From the NCBI RefSeq assembly GCF_018350175.1, contig NC_058368.1:221714001-221778000 (forward strand): a DNA stretch of 64,000 nucleotides, read 5' to 3'. Both the position numbers and the translations under genes were made by a program. Below, one piece after another: positions 40,201 through 53,085 of this stretch; position 1 is the first letter of the stretch, and each line of letters opens with the position of its first letter. The notes under the pieces were generated by a model. That model was not told the DNA's origin and ran no database searches. It saw nothing but the letters and a program-made list of their open reading frames with translations. The DNA comes from Felis catus (Eukaryota).

Positions 40201-40487
40201 GCACACAATGACACATAAATGTATTAGATGGGCATCCAAATCATTAGAGAATAGATTTGAGAGGATTTTGAAGGAAATGATATCCACATTAATTTCTGAA
40301 ACCCACAGTAAGAATTAGCCAGTGGGAGAGCAAATGTTCGCCAAAATATTTAGATGATGCAAAAACATCATGTTTTATTTAAAGGATTTTTTTGTATAGA
40401 ATTATGGGAAAAAATGAAAGTGAGAAGGCAAGAAAGTGTTTCATCAAAAATGGCTTTAAGCTGCCCTTGAAAGAATGAGGAATATAT

Positions 40488-40507
40488 TTTTTAAATGTTT
40501 ATTTATT

Positions 40508-40543
<36 letters not shown>

Positions 40544-40697
40544 AGTGTGAGCCTGGCAGAGAGTGAGAGGGAGACAAAGAATCCGAAGCCAATTCCAGGC
40601 TCTGAGCTGTTAGCATGAGGCTTGAACTCACAAAACTGTGAGCTCATGACCTGAGCTGAAGTCAGTCGCTTAACCGACTGAGTCACCCAGGAGCCCC
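40488..40697 (-). mobile_element. CAN-SINE (felid type) with (GA)n
   Basis: Ends cttaaccgactgagtcacccaggagcccc; TSD-like aggaata on both sides. Confidence 0.92.
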
Positions 40698-42080
40698 AGG
40701 AATAGAATTTATACATGCAAAGAAGAGGAGTAGCAGGCCAGTGAAACAATTTAGGCATAAGCAGCAAAATAGGGAAGACATAAGAAGTGTTCAAATAATA
40801 AAATACATGCGTACAGAAAATTTTAAAACATTGTCTACAAATATGATGCATGAATATATGATGAATATTCATAAATAATATTTGTAGTTCAATGAATTGG
40901 ATGCTTTGCAAGAATTAGTTTTGCCTAAAAAATGTTATAAAGGAAGAAACTTTATCAAATTTCTCTTTTCCAGACTACTCTCATAATGTTTCCAAAAAAA
41001 TTCTTTTGAGAAATCAAATATTTGAGTAAATAATATTCACAGATGAATTTGATTCCAAACATTTTTTCAGAAGCTTAGATAATAAGGTGTCATATTTATT
41101 AATAATTTTTAATAAAAATTCTAGTGTTGCTTATTTTTGTGAAATCAGTGGCTAATATCGCTGACAATTCTCTATGTGCCATATTTTGTTAGATGGAACA
41201 GAAATTACATAAGACAAAGACAAGAGCAAGGTTCACATATTTAATGGAGGTTTTAAGGGAATATTAAATGTACTCCATAGAAATGAATGAACAATGGAAA
41301 GTTACTGATGCACTTGAAATGTTGTGAACTCTTGCCAAGATCTCCATCATGTTTACTATTATGTAATGGGGATAGTGGTTATATAAATCATATATATTAA
41401 AAATACATATTTTTGAGAATCAGACGCACTTTTAATTCTGGCAGTCATTAAGTAATACAAATGGATTATGTTTCACAGTTTATTTGCAATTAGCTTGGTT
41501 GGGATTTCCAATGCAATCTCTTGAAAAAAAAATGATGTTATAAAGAGCAATTCATTTTGCAAGGAAATACAGATATGTGTTAATTGGATCTATACTTTAG
41601 CAGAACTATAGTATTAAACATAATGCCTCCTTGAAAAATTTTGTAGTGGAAAGCTGGGAGCTATGTAATAAGGGAGGGATTATTGGAAGAACGGAAAGAG
41701 ATGGAATGAATGTCCTTTTCTTTCTTGGGTACGGAAGTAACAGTAATTTTAATTTTAGAGCAGCATCCCTTTCTAAGAACCATCTTACATCTAATACATG
41801 CTCTTGTCTCTCTGTCTTCATTGATTTTGCTCTCTAAGCATTGAAAAAGGAAACTTTCCTTAAGTCTATCCAACTCCAATTGACCCTTAATTGGGGTTTG
41901 CATTCATCAGTCTTCCTGAAATTAAGAATAATTTGAATTATTTGCATTTTAAAAGAATTTATTTGTTAATCCAATATTGTCTCTGTTTGAATGACATTCA
42001 GGCAGTAAAATCAGGTGAAGTTTAGATCAGAGATGCCACTTGATTGGTTCATCTCATGTACCTCAATTTCTTCATTGGTA

Positions 42081-42292
42081 GAGTGGTATGCTGGAGCTCG
42101 CTCTACTGATCCTCAAGCCAATTGTGCACACCTCCCATCTCTATTCAGTGATGTCACATTGGCTTGAAAGCAGGGATGCTGGGAGTTCTTTCACCCCAGA
42201 AACTGAGAAACACTGAAAAATTTGAGCTTACCCATATCTTTTCTCCCTGCCTACTTTGATCCAATTGTCAAACATTTACTAGAACGTCACTG
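42081..42292. mobile_element. MER63A-like hAT DNA transposon inserted into a MIR
   Basis: Termini gagtggtatgctggag...aacatttactagaacgtcactg; internal ttcagtgatgtcacattggcttgaaa. Flanks cctcaatttcttcattggta and actgggaatcatcataatagta...tgtgaggataaa...aagtgcttagaa rebuild a MIR (about 42010-42410). Confidence 0.75.
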
Positions 42293-43643
42293 ACTGGGAA
42301 TCATCATAATAGTATCTGTCTCATACTCTTAATGTGAGGATAAAATTAGTTATAATGGGAAAGTGCTTAGAAAAGTACCTGAGAATAGGAATCACTATAC
42401 AAATAATTCCTTTGATAGTGACGATGGTGATGATGATGCTGGCGATGGAGATGATGTGGTCTATTCTACTTAAAGAGTGTCTCTTTTTAAAAAGTTCTCT
42501 CTTTCCGTCATATTGACACTCATAGATTTTCTAGAAGTTCATATATGTCCTTGCAACAGTCTTCTCAATGATAAAAGAAATGGAGTTTCTAGATAAAAGT
42601 GATATAAATGATCCTATTCATGCAGTGCAGCACAGAAAATAGAGTGCACGTGGGGGATGGCAAGCAGAATAGTCATAAGAAAGCCAGTTAGATAACTGGA
42701 GTGACACAAGATGAGTAGTGTGAGTCAGTTAATCTGTGATGGTGGTACTGATGGCAGTTGTGAAAAATGGGAATATGTGGCTAGGTTCAAATGATTTTAG
42801 GAGCTAAAATGTCAGTGATATCAATGAATTATTGGGGTTTAATAAGAAGAGGCAGGGGGACACCTCAGTTGAAATTGGATAGAAGGGTGAAAGAACGCTT
42901 ACTGATATAAGAGGCTAATATTGAAGTTTTCACTGGGAGCTAAGCTACAATGGATACCACATGACCAAGTATGGTCCCAGAAACAAAATACAGAATTTAC
43001 AATAGAAAGTCAGGATGCATTTAAGATTCTTGAAGCCCTCAATCACAGCGAGGCTATTGTGCTTTTAAAATACTATAGAGTGTGGAGTGGAGGGAGAATT
43101 TTGTACTGAGGATTGCTTTGCATAAAACCCCGCGCAATTTCCATCTAATGAAAATAATACTGGAGCTACCCTTCCCTTGCCTCTCAGGTCTTGTGAGGGG
43201 AGCCTTCCTTCATGAAGAGCCAATGATAAATTCCAGTATATTTTCCCATATTATTTCAGAAAATGGGCAAAATCGAGGGTCTGAGGCTGGCCTTATGCTT
43301 AGGAACGTGAAAGTATCTTCAGAAAGAGCAGATACTGGAATAAGGCTTTGTCTGGGAGAGTAATTACATGACAACAAAAGGAGGGGTTACTTGTGGAAGC
43401 TGAATGTCCAAACCAGAGTCATTTTAAGTTCTGCCACAGAGATTTTCCTTGAAGTGAGAATCTGTGTGTGAAATGGATTGTTTGGAGATCCAGAGCCTAA
43501 GGGGAATGTTATATCAAAGCAGAGGCAATGCCTTTGTCTTGGGTATATAGTGGGAGAAGCTCTCAAGAGCTCCCAAAAGAGCCATTAGAGCCATTACCTT
43601 TAATCCCAGAGAAGCAAAACCTATCTATTCAAGTGAAAACAGC

Positions 43644-43644
<1 letters not shown>

Positions 43645-43674
<30 letters not shown>
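43645..43674 (+). repeat. Poly(A)30 tract
   Basis: Direct reading. Confidence 0.95.
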
Positions 43675-43677
<3 letters not shown>

Positions 43678-44052
43678 AGCTTTGTTGCCTCTTATGAGGT
43701 AAAAACACTTTTGCAAAGTGGATGATGAGACAGAGGGAAGCCTGCCACACCATTCATATCCCCAAACAAAGTCCCATCCGTTGCTGGCCCAGGTGCCCTT
43801 GTCGGCAGGGAGGCAGACGAGAGAACTCTAAATTTTGTATAAGGATTGATGTAATAATTAATAATTAATAAGTTGAGAATTTCTCATTTCCAAATCTAAA
43901 ATTTGTGAGATAAAGTGAACATAGGACTGTCTATTATTTAGAGTTGAGCAGAAACATCATTGATTCACCATAGTCTCATCCAAGAAAAAAAGCTTACCCT
44001 CGCTGAATAAGGTCTAAAGGAGCAGTGGAAGACAAAGAAAGGAAACACGTTT

Positions 44053-44270
44053 GGGTTTTTTTTTAATGTTTTTTTTTTTAATTTATTTTTTGAAAGAGAG
44101 AGGTAGAGCACAAGTGGGGGTGGGGCAGAGAGACAGGGAGACACAGAATCCTAAGTAGGCTCTAGGCTCTGAGCTGTCAGCACAGAGCCTGACATGGTAC
44201 TTGAACTCAGGAACTGTGAGGTCTTGACCTGAGCTGAGGTCTAACGCTTAACTGAGCCACTCAGGTGCCT
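44053..44270 (-). mobile_element. CAN-SINE (felid type)
   Basis: TSD ggaaaca(c/t)gttt at 44041 and 44271. Confidence 0.93.
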
Positions 44271-44427
44271 GGAAACATGTTTTTATTAAATGATGCATAT
44301 TATGCCTTTTCAGACCAGCAGTAATACTGATGTGGGATTGTTTGAAGGTTCAGGAAGCTGAACTGTCTCCTATGTGATATGAGTTCATTTTTTTTTCCCC
44401 TGTAAAATAGGAGACAGGGTCACCAAC

Positions 44428-44874
44428 TAAGTTGGTCTTCAACTCACGTCAGTTCAACTTACTTTACAATGGTGTGAACGCGATACATATTTAGTAGGAA
44501 CCGTACTTTGAATTTTGAAATGTGATCTTTTCCCAGGCTAGCTGTATGTGGTATGATATTCACCTGTGATGCTGAACAGAGGCAGCGAGCCACAGCTTCC
44601 AGTCAGTCATGCGATCATGAGGGTAAACAACTGATAATACAATATTCATAAATTACGTGACATGGGCAGCACTTTGTTACAAAATAGGCTTTCGGTTAGG
44701 TGATGTGGCCCAAATGTAGTCTACTGTCAGTGTTCTGAGCATGTTTGAGGTAGGAGAGGCTAAGCGATGATGCTCAGTAGGTTAGGTGTATTAAATGCCT
44801 TTTCAACTTACGATGTTTTCAATTTATGATGGGTTTATTGGAACAAAACCCCATTATAAGTTGAGGAAAATCTG
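44428..44874 (-). mobile_element. MER47/Tigger5-type TcMar DNA transposon
   Basis: Ends ...gtaggttaggtgtattaaatgccttttcaacttacgatgttttcaatttatgatgggtttattgg...ccccattataagttgaggaaaatctg|TA; degenerate TIR at the left end. Confidence 0.8.
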
Positions 44875-47472
44875 TAGAAAAAAAGTTAAAAAAAGTAAAA
44901 AAAAAGTCGGTAGTAAAGATTTGTGGAAAATAAATCAGTGTAAAATAGAGGTCATAGCAAATGACCTCTTTGCAAATTTGTATGCTTTACAGCCAATCTG
45001 GAAAGTGCATTTGAGGTTAGTGATGAAAATTTATAATGATATCTAGCTGACTGCTTGGTTTTCCTCAGTCAGTCGCACCTCCTTCTTGAGAAAGAGGGTA
45101 ATTATCATTATCAAGGGTTGAGTTTGACCAGACTGCAGCAACAACATGGACAAGATATATAGGCCATAGGTTAATATGATAATGAAACAACAAAACATGT
45201 TTTAGTCGAATGAGGAAAAAGATCAACAGAAAAATGATAATGAATTAGTGGATGTAGAGAGATCAATATATTGATATTAACTAAAGGTAAAGTTATTTAT
45301 ATTTGATATTAAAATTGATGTTTACTGCCTCTATATCAGTATATGTTATATAAATAAGCCATAGTGGTAGTAACTGAACAAGCAAAATAGAAGGGCAGAA
45401 GATTATGATAATTATTGGCTTTGTCATATAGTTTCTACTATTTGGAATGTTTTCTAATAGCTTACCTCACAAATCCAACATCAGCCAGTTGACTTGCTCA
45501 GGTTCTTAGCTTAAACGTCAGAAAAAGTGAACAGAATTGCATAACTTTCCCTTAAAGCACTGATGTTACTTAGCAATTTTACTTCATTTGTATAATTGTT
45601 TAATTCGTATCTACCTCCCCAACCAGGTCATTAATGCCATTAGGATAAACATAGTTTGTTCTGTATTTTTTGTTTTATTTGTTGTTTCTTTATCATTCCA
45701 TTGAGGAAGCTACTAAATGTTGCAGTTGATTCACTCATCAAAAATCCAAGTTACTGGACGACTTAACTAATCTACCACCCAAAGGAAATTTAGAAGGGAC
45801 AATTCAATAATTAGCCCTAAATTTTTGTGCTGTGTATGGCTGCTCAGAGCTAGAAAGTTTGGAATGAATTTCTCATATCTCTGAGAAAAGAAATATTTCT
45901 ATTATTAAATAGAATTGATAACATTTCATAAAACTTATAAATCCATTAATATATTGTATATTGGGTCTATGGCAATTCATACTCACGGGTATAACTCATG
46001 AAAGTCTAGACTAGGCAATTATAACTTTTGTAAAAAGATGAAGTAATTTGGCCAATACAGTAAAGTTCTTGATTCCAGATACTTGACACTTCCAAAAATT
46101 TGTTCATCCCAGACCCATCCTAAGAATGAGCAGGACTAAATGTCTCTGTCACTACTGAGAGCTTCCACTTACTGTATGCTTAGTATGCTTGACTAAAATC
46201 CAGTTGGAATCCAACTTTGGTATCAGGATGTTTTTTTCTTGCGGACTATATTTCCGTTACTTTAATTTGTGCTTATTGAAAATACAGCTTCAGGCTTTTG
46301 AGGAAATAGAGGGCATAAAACATTCTTCAACCACCAAGATATTTTTACTCTTGAATCCTTCAGTTTTGAAGATATGGGGAAAGACTTTCAGCTAAAATTA
46401 GAATGGCTTTTCAGAACTCTGTTAACACCTCCCTTTCTGTCATCTCCATATCTCTATAGGCAGTTTCCAGTTGACTACTGCAACTTCTACAGGAAAATAG
46501 TACAATATGGATATGGAGTTATCTAGAGAATTACTATTTGGAAAGCAACTAGTAATAATAGTTATTACTTAGGAGTTTCACTATTGTATGAGTGACATCA
46601 CGATCTCATCATCATCACCATTATTATTATTCCAATTTTATAGATCAGGAAAAGAAGGATTAAATATTTTGCACCAGGTCACAGGGCTAATAAGAAGGTA
46701 TAACAGGTACATAGTCCTTTATCCTCATACAGAAATATTGTTTGCTTCCATTTCCTTTTTCTTTTCTTTAGATAAGGTGAAATCATTTTGTGTGCTATTA
46801 TTATCTTTGCTTATGAAATTAAAACAATAAAATATTGAGAAAGAAACATTTTATTTCTATGTCATTAGATGGTAAGCCACATACACACAAATGTGTGGGA
46901 TGACTATTTGAACAATTAAATGTTTGAATTGAATCACTGAATCAATAGTTTTATGGTAATACACATTATTTTCAAAAGTTTAAACATACATGTAGCACTT
47001 CAAGCAATCATCTATTTACGAGATCTCAAATAATATGTTTTCATATTCCTAAGTATAGTAAGTTTTCTGTGCAGCTGAACATTGACTTCTTACATATTAT
47101 TTTTGAGTAATTTTAGTTATTACAATAAACATAAAATGTATTTCAAAAGAGAATTTATAATGGATGGTTCTATTTTCTTTATACTTGCTGTTTTTATTAC
47201 TAAATGTTGTCACTGCATTACATAGTTTATTCATTAACTTAATATATTTTTGCAAGTCCTGCAACTTTTATTTCTGAGTAGCTTAAAACATATTAATTTA
47301 TGTTTTGTTAAGTAAATGTATCTCTTTTGGTATTTATATCAATGCTTGGAAATATTCCGAAGAATTCAGAGAAGGAAAGCCTATTGTATATCCTTTTTCC
47401 TTAGGTGTCACTGAATGCTCCCGGACACATACACAAAACCAGTGGGAGTCCTAATAATCAAAGCACATTTTT

Positions 47473-47522
47473 TTAAATTTTATTCAATTTTATTTTTTAA
47501 TTTTTTAATGTTTATTTTTGAA

Positions 47523-47553
<31 letters not shown>

Positions 47554-47731
47554 CAGAGACAGAGCACTAGCTGGGGAGGGGCAGAGAGAGAAGGAGACAC
47601 AGAATCTGAAGCAGGCTCCAGGCTCTGAGCTGTCAGCACAGAGCCCTACGCGGGGCTCAAACCCAGGAACCATGAAATCATGACCTGAGTCGAAGTTGGA
47701 CTCTTAACTAACTGAGCCACCCAGGCACCCC
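47473..47731 (-). mobile_element. CAN-SINE (felid type) with (GAGACA)n
   Basis: TSD aag(c/t)acattttt at 47461 and 47732. Confidence 0.94.
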
Positions 47732-50700
47732 AAGTACATTTTTTGAAACAACAAAGTTCCTGAGAAGATACTCATTTAGCCTATAACTGAGTAATAGATA
47801 CTTTTACCTTTGGAATTAATAGGGAGCACTATCTGTAAGAAGTTTTAGAATTTGATCACTATAATTCCATCTTAGTCACTACATGCAGTTTTCTCGTTTT
47901 CCATGAGAACTTTTTTTTTTCTTTTAAGCATAGCATGTATATTTGATGAGTATGTAAGCATATATTCTTATTGACTCTGAACAATTTCTTGTCACCTGTT
48001 TTATTTCTTAATCTGTCTTGTACAGGTAGTGCCATTAAGATGTTTCATATGCGTCAAGTGTAGGACACGCAGAAGTTGATGGAACTGTAATGACACAGTA
48101 CATCACAAGCGATCCAACTTTGGCACAGCTGAAGATTACTTCAGTTTTGAATTAATCTGAATGACCCCAGCTTTATTTGCTGTCGCGTTTCTAGAAATGA
48201 TAAAATGTCAAGTCACTGGAAATAAACCGACAGAGCCTAAAAAAAATAGGACATGACTAATGCATAGTTTCTCTGATCTGTTCCATATTCTGGAGACTTT
48301 ATTTCTAACTACAGTATTTTATTTGGAAATGCTTGGCTTAATGAATATGTCTTCCACCCTACTAAAATGTGCTATCCTAAAGAACAGGAAATTCAGTGCT
48401 CTGTACATTTGTGTTTTATGTACACTAAAATCTCAATACACAAAAAAGATGTACATGGTAAATCACTGTTTTCACTTTTATTATATCTTAATTTTGGCGG
48501 GACATGTTAGGGAGTGCTTTTGAGTCAGGTTTTTTTTGGAGAATGCTGGCATTTCAGTTTATTACAAATTTTCCAGTGCCATCAGATAATTATAAAATTT
48601 GTAGGCATGCTATATGCTGACCACTTTTTAAGTAACTGCTATTTAACTTACTATTGACATAATACTATAAGGAATAGCCATCTTCACATTTATTGTTAGT
48701 GTCTTCATAAATTTCCTTTTATAAAACACAAAACTCATATCTCAGCATATTGTCTTGAAAAGGGGAACTCTCATTTAAAGTCTGCATTATCTGATGTCCT
48801 TCAGATATCTAAAAATTCTTCTTAAATTGTAGGATCTCAATTCTGGCTAATTTTTCTTTTTCTTTTTCTTTTTTTTTTACCTACGCTAACTATAATCTCT
48901 TAATGATGATGCCAGACTAGATTATTTCCCTTGATTTTTGATTCTTTTAATTTTGCTTTTAATCGTTCAAATGAAATTTAACTCATAAAGCAAATATGTA
49001 ATCTGAATTTGTTCCTATTGAATGGATTAGATAGAGTAAGCAGAAAAATTATACATACTTTAAGTTAGATGTCCATATTTTTCTAAAGATCCCATCCAAC
49101 CTCCCCCTACCTCAGTCTGCACCACCATCATCACCTTGCACTGCTGGCCATGTTTGAGGTTTGAAATCCATTACCCTCAGCAGCTGCCTCCTTCACTCAA
49201 ATCTCTGTCTGTCAGCTGTGTCTTTGATAACTTTTTTGGTCATTTCCTAACTAAATATCATGTGAAAGAAGGATGTACAGTACATTATTCAGCATACTTC
49301 CATTACTCTATTTTATCAGGAAAAAAATTCAACACCTTTCTCAACACTTATTGATATACCATGACATTGAACTATGACTAAGTGTAGTAGAGCTTCAAGG
49401 CTTTTGGTGTTTCTTCAGGTTCTTTATCACAATCACCCAAAAGGCAAAAGTGGTGGACGTGTTTCTGACAAGTGATACTTCTACTTAACAGATATTAAGA
49501 AAGGAAGAAAAAAAAGAAAGTAAAAAGAATCACATATATGAGAAGTTTAGTACAAGTTTAAATAACTGTTGCAGGCTTTCCAGCGATGTTAAACAAGAAG
49601 TCAGGCATCCTTATATTTGCTAGTAGCTCAGAAGTGCTTCCATACGATCAGTGTTTAGGCTATTGTGAAGCACTTAACACTCTAGAAAAGTAGGCTGTAA
49701 AAGTCACATTAGGTCCTGCTTATGTGATCATGGCTATTTGAACTCAATTTCACTTGGATACCTGTTGTTACCTTTTTCTTAGACAATGTGTGTACATTGC
49801 AACCTGTGACTTTATTCTTCCTCTTTGCTCTGGTAGCCTCCAGTCCAAAGCTACTTTAAATCCTGCAAACTTTGAGGATCTCTATGACAGCCACTGCGTG
49901 AAGTGTTTAGGGAATAAAACCTAATGAAACATAGTCGTAGCCTACGAAAAGTTGCCAGCTTGATCATGTGATATGACTTATTTAATCAAAATCCTTTCCT
50001 AATGCCTATGTAACACTCCATTATTACCACTTGCCTTATTGTTATTACTTGCCTATGTTCTGATTTGTTTATTAACTTTTAAATGTGTTCTTTTAGAAAG
50101 ATTTGCCATACTCCCCTTTGAAGGCAGGTATACTGTTAATTAATTATCAAATTAATTGAACAACTATTTTCAGACTGCTGTAAAAATCTACACTCTGTTT
50201 TACATGAAATCAGCCAAATTTAGGTAAATATTTAGATCTTTTAATATTAATTATATTTTTGGATGAGGTAATGTCCATTGAATGTAAACAAGGCTTATTT
50301 TAGCAGTGTTTGTGCAAGTGGTAGATATCTATGTTGGGGGGGGGTGAGAGGTAGTTGAAAGATTTAATGCTACCAGGGCTAATGAAATTACCCCATTTTG
50401 AAACTGTGAAAGAACTATAAGAGAAAAACAAAGTAATTGGGAATAAAATGGAAAATATTTAGCAAAATGTCCACAAGGTGTGATTGAGCATTTTTTCCTC
50501 ATATTTCTTGAAGCCTATAACCAAAATATTGTAATGCAATTTGATGAATGAACTTCACCATTCAATAAACATATTAAAGGTCTTCCTAACTTAATTTCTA
50601 TGAATGTAACTAGAAGTTCTAAACAAGTGAATTACGGTGGTTGCTTTAGCCATGAGAATGTACAATCCAAAGTACATTAATAGAATTTAAAACTGGAAAG

Positions 50701-51018
50701 AAGATATAAAAATTAAATTTTGTATTTTGAGTTTAGTTTTGTTTTTGCACTTTTATTTCCTTCCACACTCTTCCTTTCCTTATTTTAATATAAATAGACT
50801 GTCATTTAACCATTTAATATTGATTTTGATGAGAAGTCAGTAAAATAGCCTATATCTTTTTCATGTTATGCCATACACAATTTCTAAAACTCCTTTAAGC
50901 AATGTATATATTTTAATTTTTAGAGGATATTCCAAATTTTCCTGATTCTGGTATATTTTATATAGATAGAAAATTTTCTAGGTTTTTCTGACTCAGTATC
51001 AAATTCATAGTAATGTAC

Positions 51019-51037
51019 GTGCTCCACCTGGTGGTGA
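51019..51037 (-). promoter_or_regulatory. Candidate CTCF core motif
   Basis: Minus strand reads CACCACCAGGTGGAGCAC, compared with consensus CCASYAGRKGGCRS; an isolated GC-rich patch in very AT-rich DNA. Confidence 0.55.
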
Positions 51038-51770
51038 AAATAAGCATTTTTTTTAATGCTAAAAAAAAAATAAATAAATAATGGAGCAGATAGAACTTGA
51101 TATACTGATCTTATATGTGTATAAAAGTAGCTTGTAGTATACCCAGGAAAAATTTACTAAATACTAAGCACAAATTGAATATTAGTCAATAATATAATAT
51201 ACTTAAATCCATCATAGATTAAAATTTTGGTCAACTATCTTTCAGGTTCTTTTTAGCTTAATGATTTACACTTACTGAGTACATACTGTCTCTCTATGGA
51301 ATATATAAGAAAAATATAAAATACTTATATATATATTAGAAAATACAACCTTAACGTTCTATAAATATCTATCAATCTGTCATCTATCTTTATTTTATCT
51401 CTCTCTTGTGTCCCGGATTCTACCCTATTGGTACCATTTAATTACATGGATGTTCCTGCCCTTCCATTTAATATTAGGTACACTTTGAGGCTGTTAGTAT
51501 TTAAAATACTTCCTCACGCTAATTTAAAGTGAACACACTTTACTAGTTATAATTCCCAATTAAAATTCTAGAGCAGGACCTATGGAAGTGAAAAGTGAAG
51601 TTATTACTCCTACTCATAATTCTTAACTTGACAGCAAATTCCTTTTCGATTTGGCACTATTATGTTCTAAATGTGATTTACTTTAGATATAGTATATTTC
51701 TCACGCCTAGTCATCTAACTATACACTTAACTAACTCCACTGACGGCATGAATTACACATGTCTTATCAG

Positions 51771-51958
51771 GTATTTTCCATCTGAAAGTTCCCGAGTCTT
51801 CTCCTATCGGCTCAGCCATTGGAAGAATAAGAGCTGTGGATCCTGATTTTGGACAAAATGCAGAAATTGAATACAATATTGTTCCAGGAGATGGGGGAAA
51901 TTTGTTTGACATCGTCACAGATGAGGATACACAAGAAGGAGTCATCAAATTGAAAAAG
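51771..51958 (+). CDS. CDH12: Cadherin-12 internal coding exon (188 nt, phase 1/0), EC3 domain
   Basis: Acceptor gtcttatcAG|G, donor AAG|gtacat. Translates (S)[62 protein letters not shown], with PE and AxDxD motifs. In frame with the previous exon. Confidence 0.96.
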
Positions 51959-52253
51959 GTACATAGACAAGGTTTTGAACAGTTGATTACCCAATCACAA
52001 AATGACTAAGAGTTGAAAATGACAGAAATTTTAATTTCCTTAAATGAGCAGTATATTAAATTTTAAAAAGACCAAACGGCTCTGAAGTATTCACTTCCTC
52101 AGGTATTTGTATTCTGAAAATCAACAGATATATATTTTTTGTTGAAACAGGTCCATGAATTTATTTATTAAAAAATTCTTACAAGAATTTAATTGTAATT
52201 TGATTTTTAATTGTTACAAACTTAAACAAATATATTAATTAAAATAAGATCTA

Positions 52254-52485
52254 GGGGCTCCTGGGTGGCTCAGTTGATTAAGTGTCTGACTCTTGATTTT
52301 GGCTCAGGTCATGATCTTATGGTTTGTGAGTTCGAGCCTCATATTGGGTTCTGCACTAACAGCAGGGAGCCTGCTTGAGATTCTTTCTCTCCATCCCTCT
52401 CTGCCCCTCCCCTCTCACTGGCTTTCTCTTTCTCAAAATTAAAACAACAACAACAACAACAACAAACATTTAAAATAAATAAAAT
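52254..52485 (+). mobile_element. CAN-SINE (older subfamily) with (CAA)n tail
   Basis: TSD aaaataagatctag at 52241 and 52486. Confidence 0.94.
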
Positions 52486-52854
52486 AAAATAAGATCTAGA
52501 GGTAAATTCTAACCCCACCAGCTTTGGTCTTACCGTCTCATGACTTTTCTGAGACTATAAACATCTATATAAATATCTAATTCACACATTGCTGGTAAAG
52601 GTTTATATCACAGTGGAAGAATCCTTATGTCAGTAATCTATACTACTGAGGAATGGAAGAAATGAACAAGGGTAATGCTGGCCTTGAGGAGGTTTTAAGG
52701 AGGTAACTGAAAAGAAGGATTAATGAGAGATAGAGAGGAAGAAGGGGAGGGAGAATGAGAGGGAAAGATGAAAGGAGAGGGAGAGGGAGAAAGGGTGGGA
52801 GAGGGAAGGAAAGGCGGACTCTGATGGGGCCACTGAGTAATGTTAAATAGGTTA

Positions 52855-53085
52855 GGGGCGCCTGGGTGACTCAGTTGGTTAAGCAACTGATTCTTGGTTT
52901 CTGCTCAGGTCACAATTTCATAGCTCATGATAAGGAGCCACGTGCTGGGCTCCATGCTAACAGCACGGAGCCTGCTTGGGATTCTCTCTTTTCTCTCTCT
53001 CTGCCCTTCCCTGCTCAAGAGCATTCTCTCCATCTCTATCTCTCTCTATCAAAATAATAATATAATAATAATAATAATAATAAAA
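52855..53085 (+). mobile_element. CAN-SINE (older subfamily) with (AAT)n tail
   Basis: ggggcgcctgggtgactcagttggttaag...gagcctgcttgggattctctc. Confidence 0.92.

Larger units (their letters stand above)
30186..51770 (+). other. CDH12: CDH12 intron (21,585 bp, GT-AG)
   Basis: GT at 30186, AG at 51769-51770; flanking exons join in frame (A|GT = Ser). Confidence 0.92.

Noticed and set aside
17780..51958. Possibility that this is a cadherin pseudogene or a paralogue (CDH6/7/9/10/18)
   Set aside because: The frame and splice sites are intact, and residues such as [20 protein letters not shown] and [13 protein letters not shown] match CDH12 as I recall it. A protein similarity search would confirm this.
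51595..51994. ORFs 51595..51846 (+, signal-peptide-like start), 51727..51948 (-) and 51812..51994 (-)
   Set aside because: Off-frame or antisense shadows of the 188-nt exon; 51595 has a GTG start and its hydrophobicity reflects T-rich intron.
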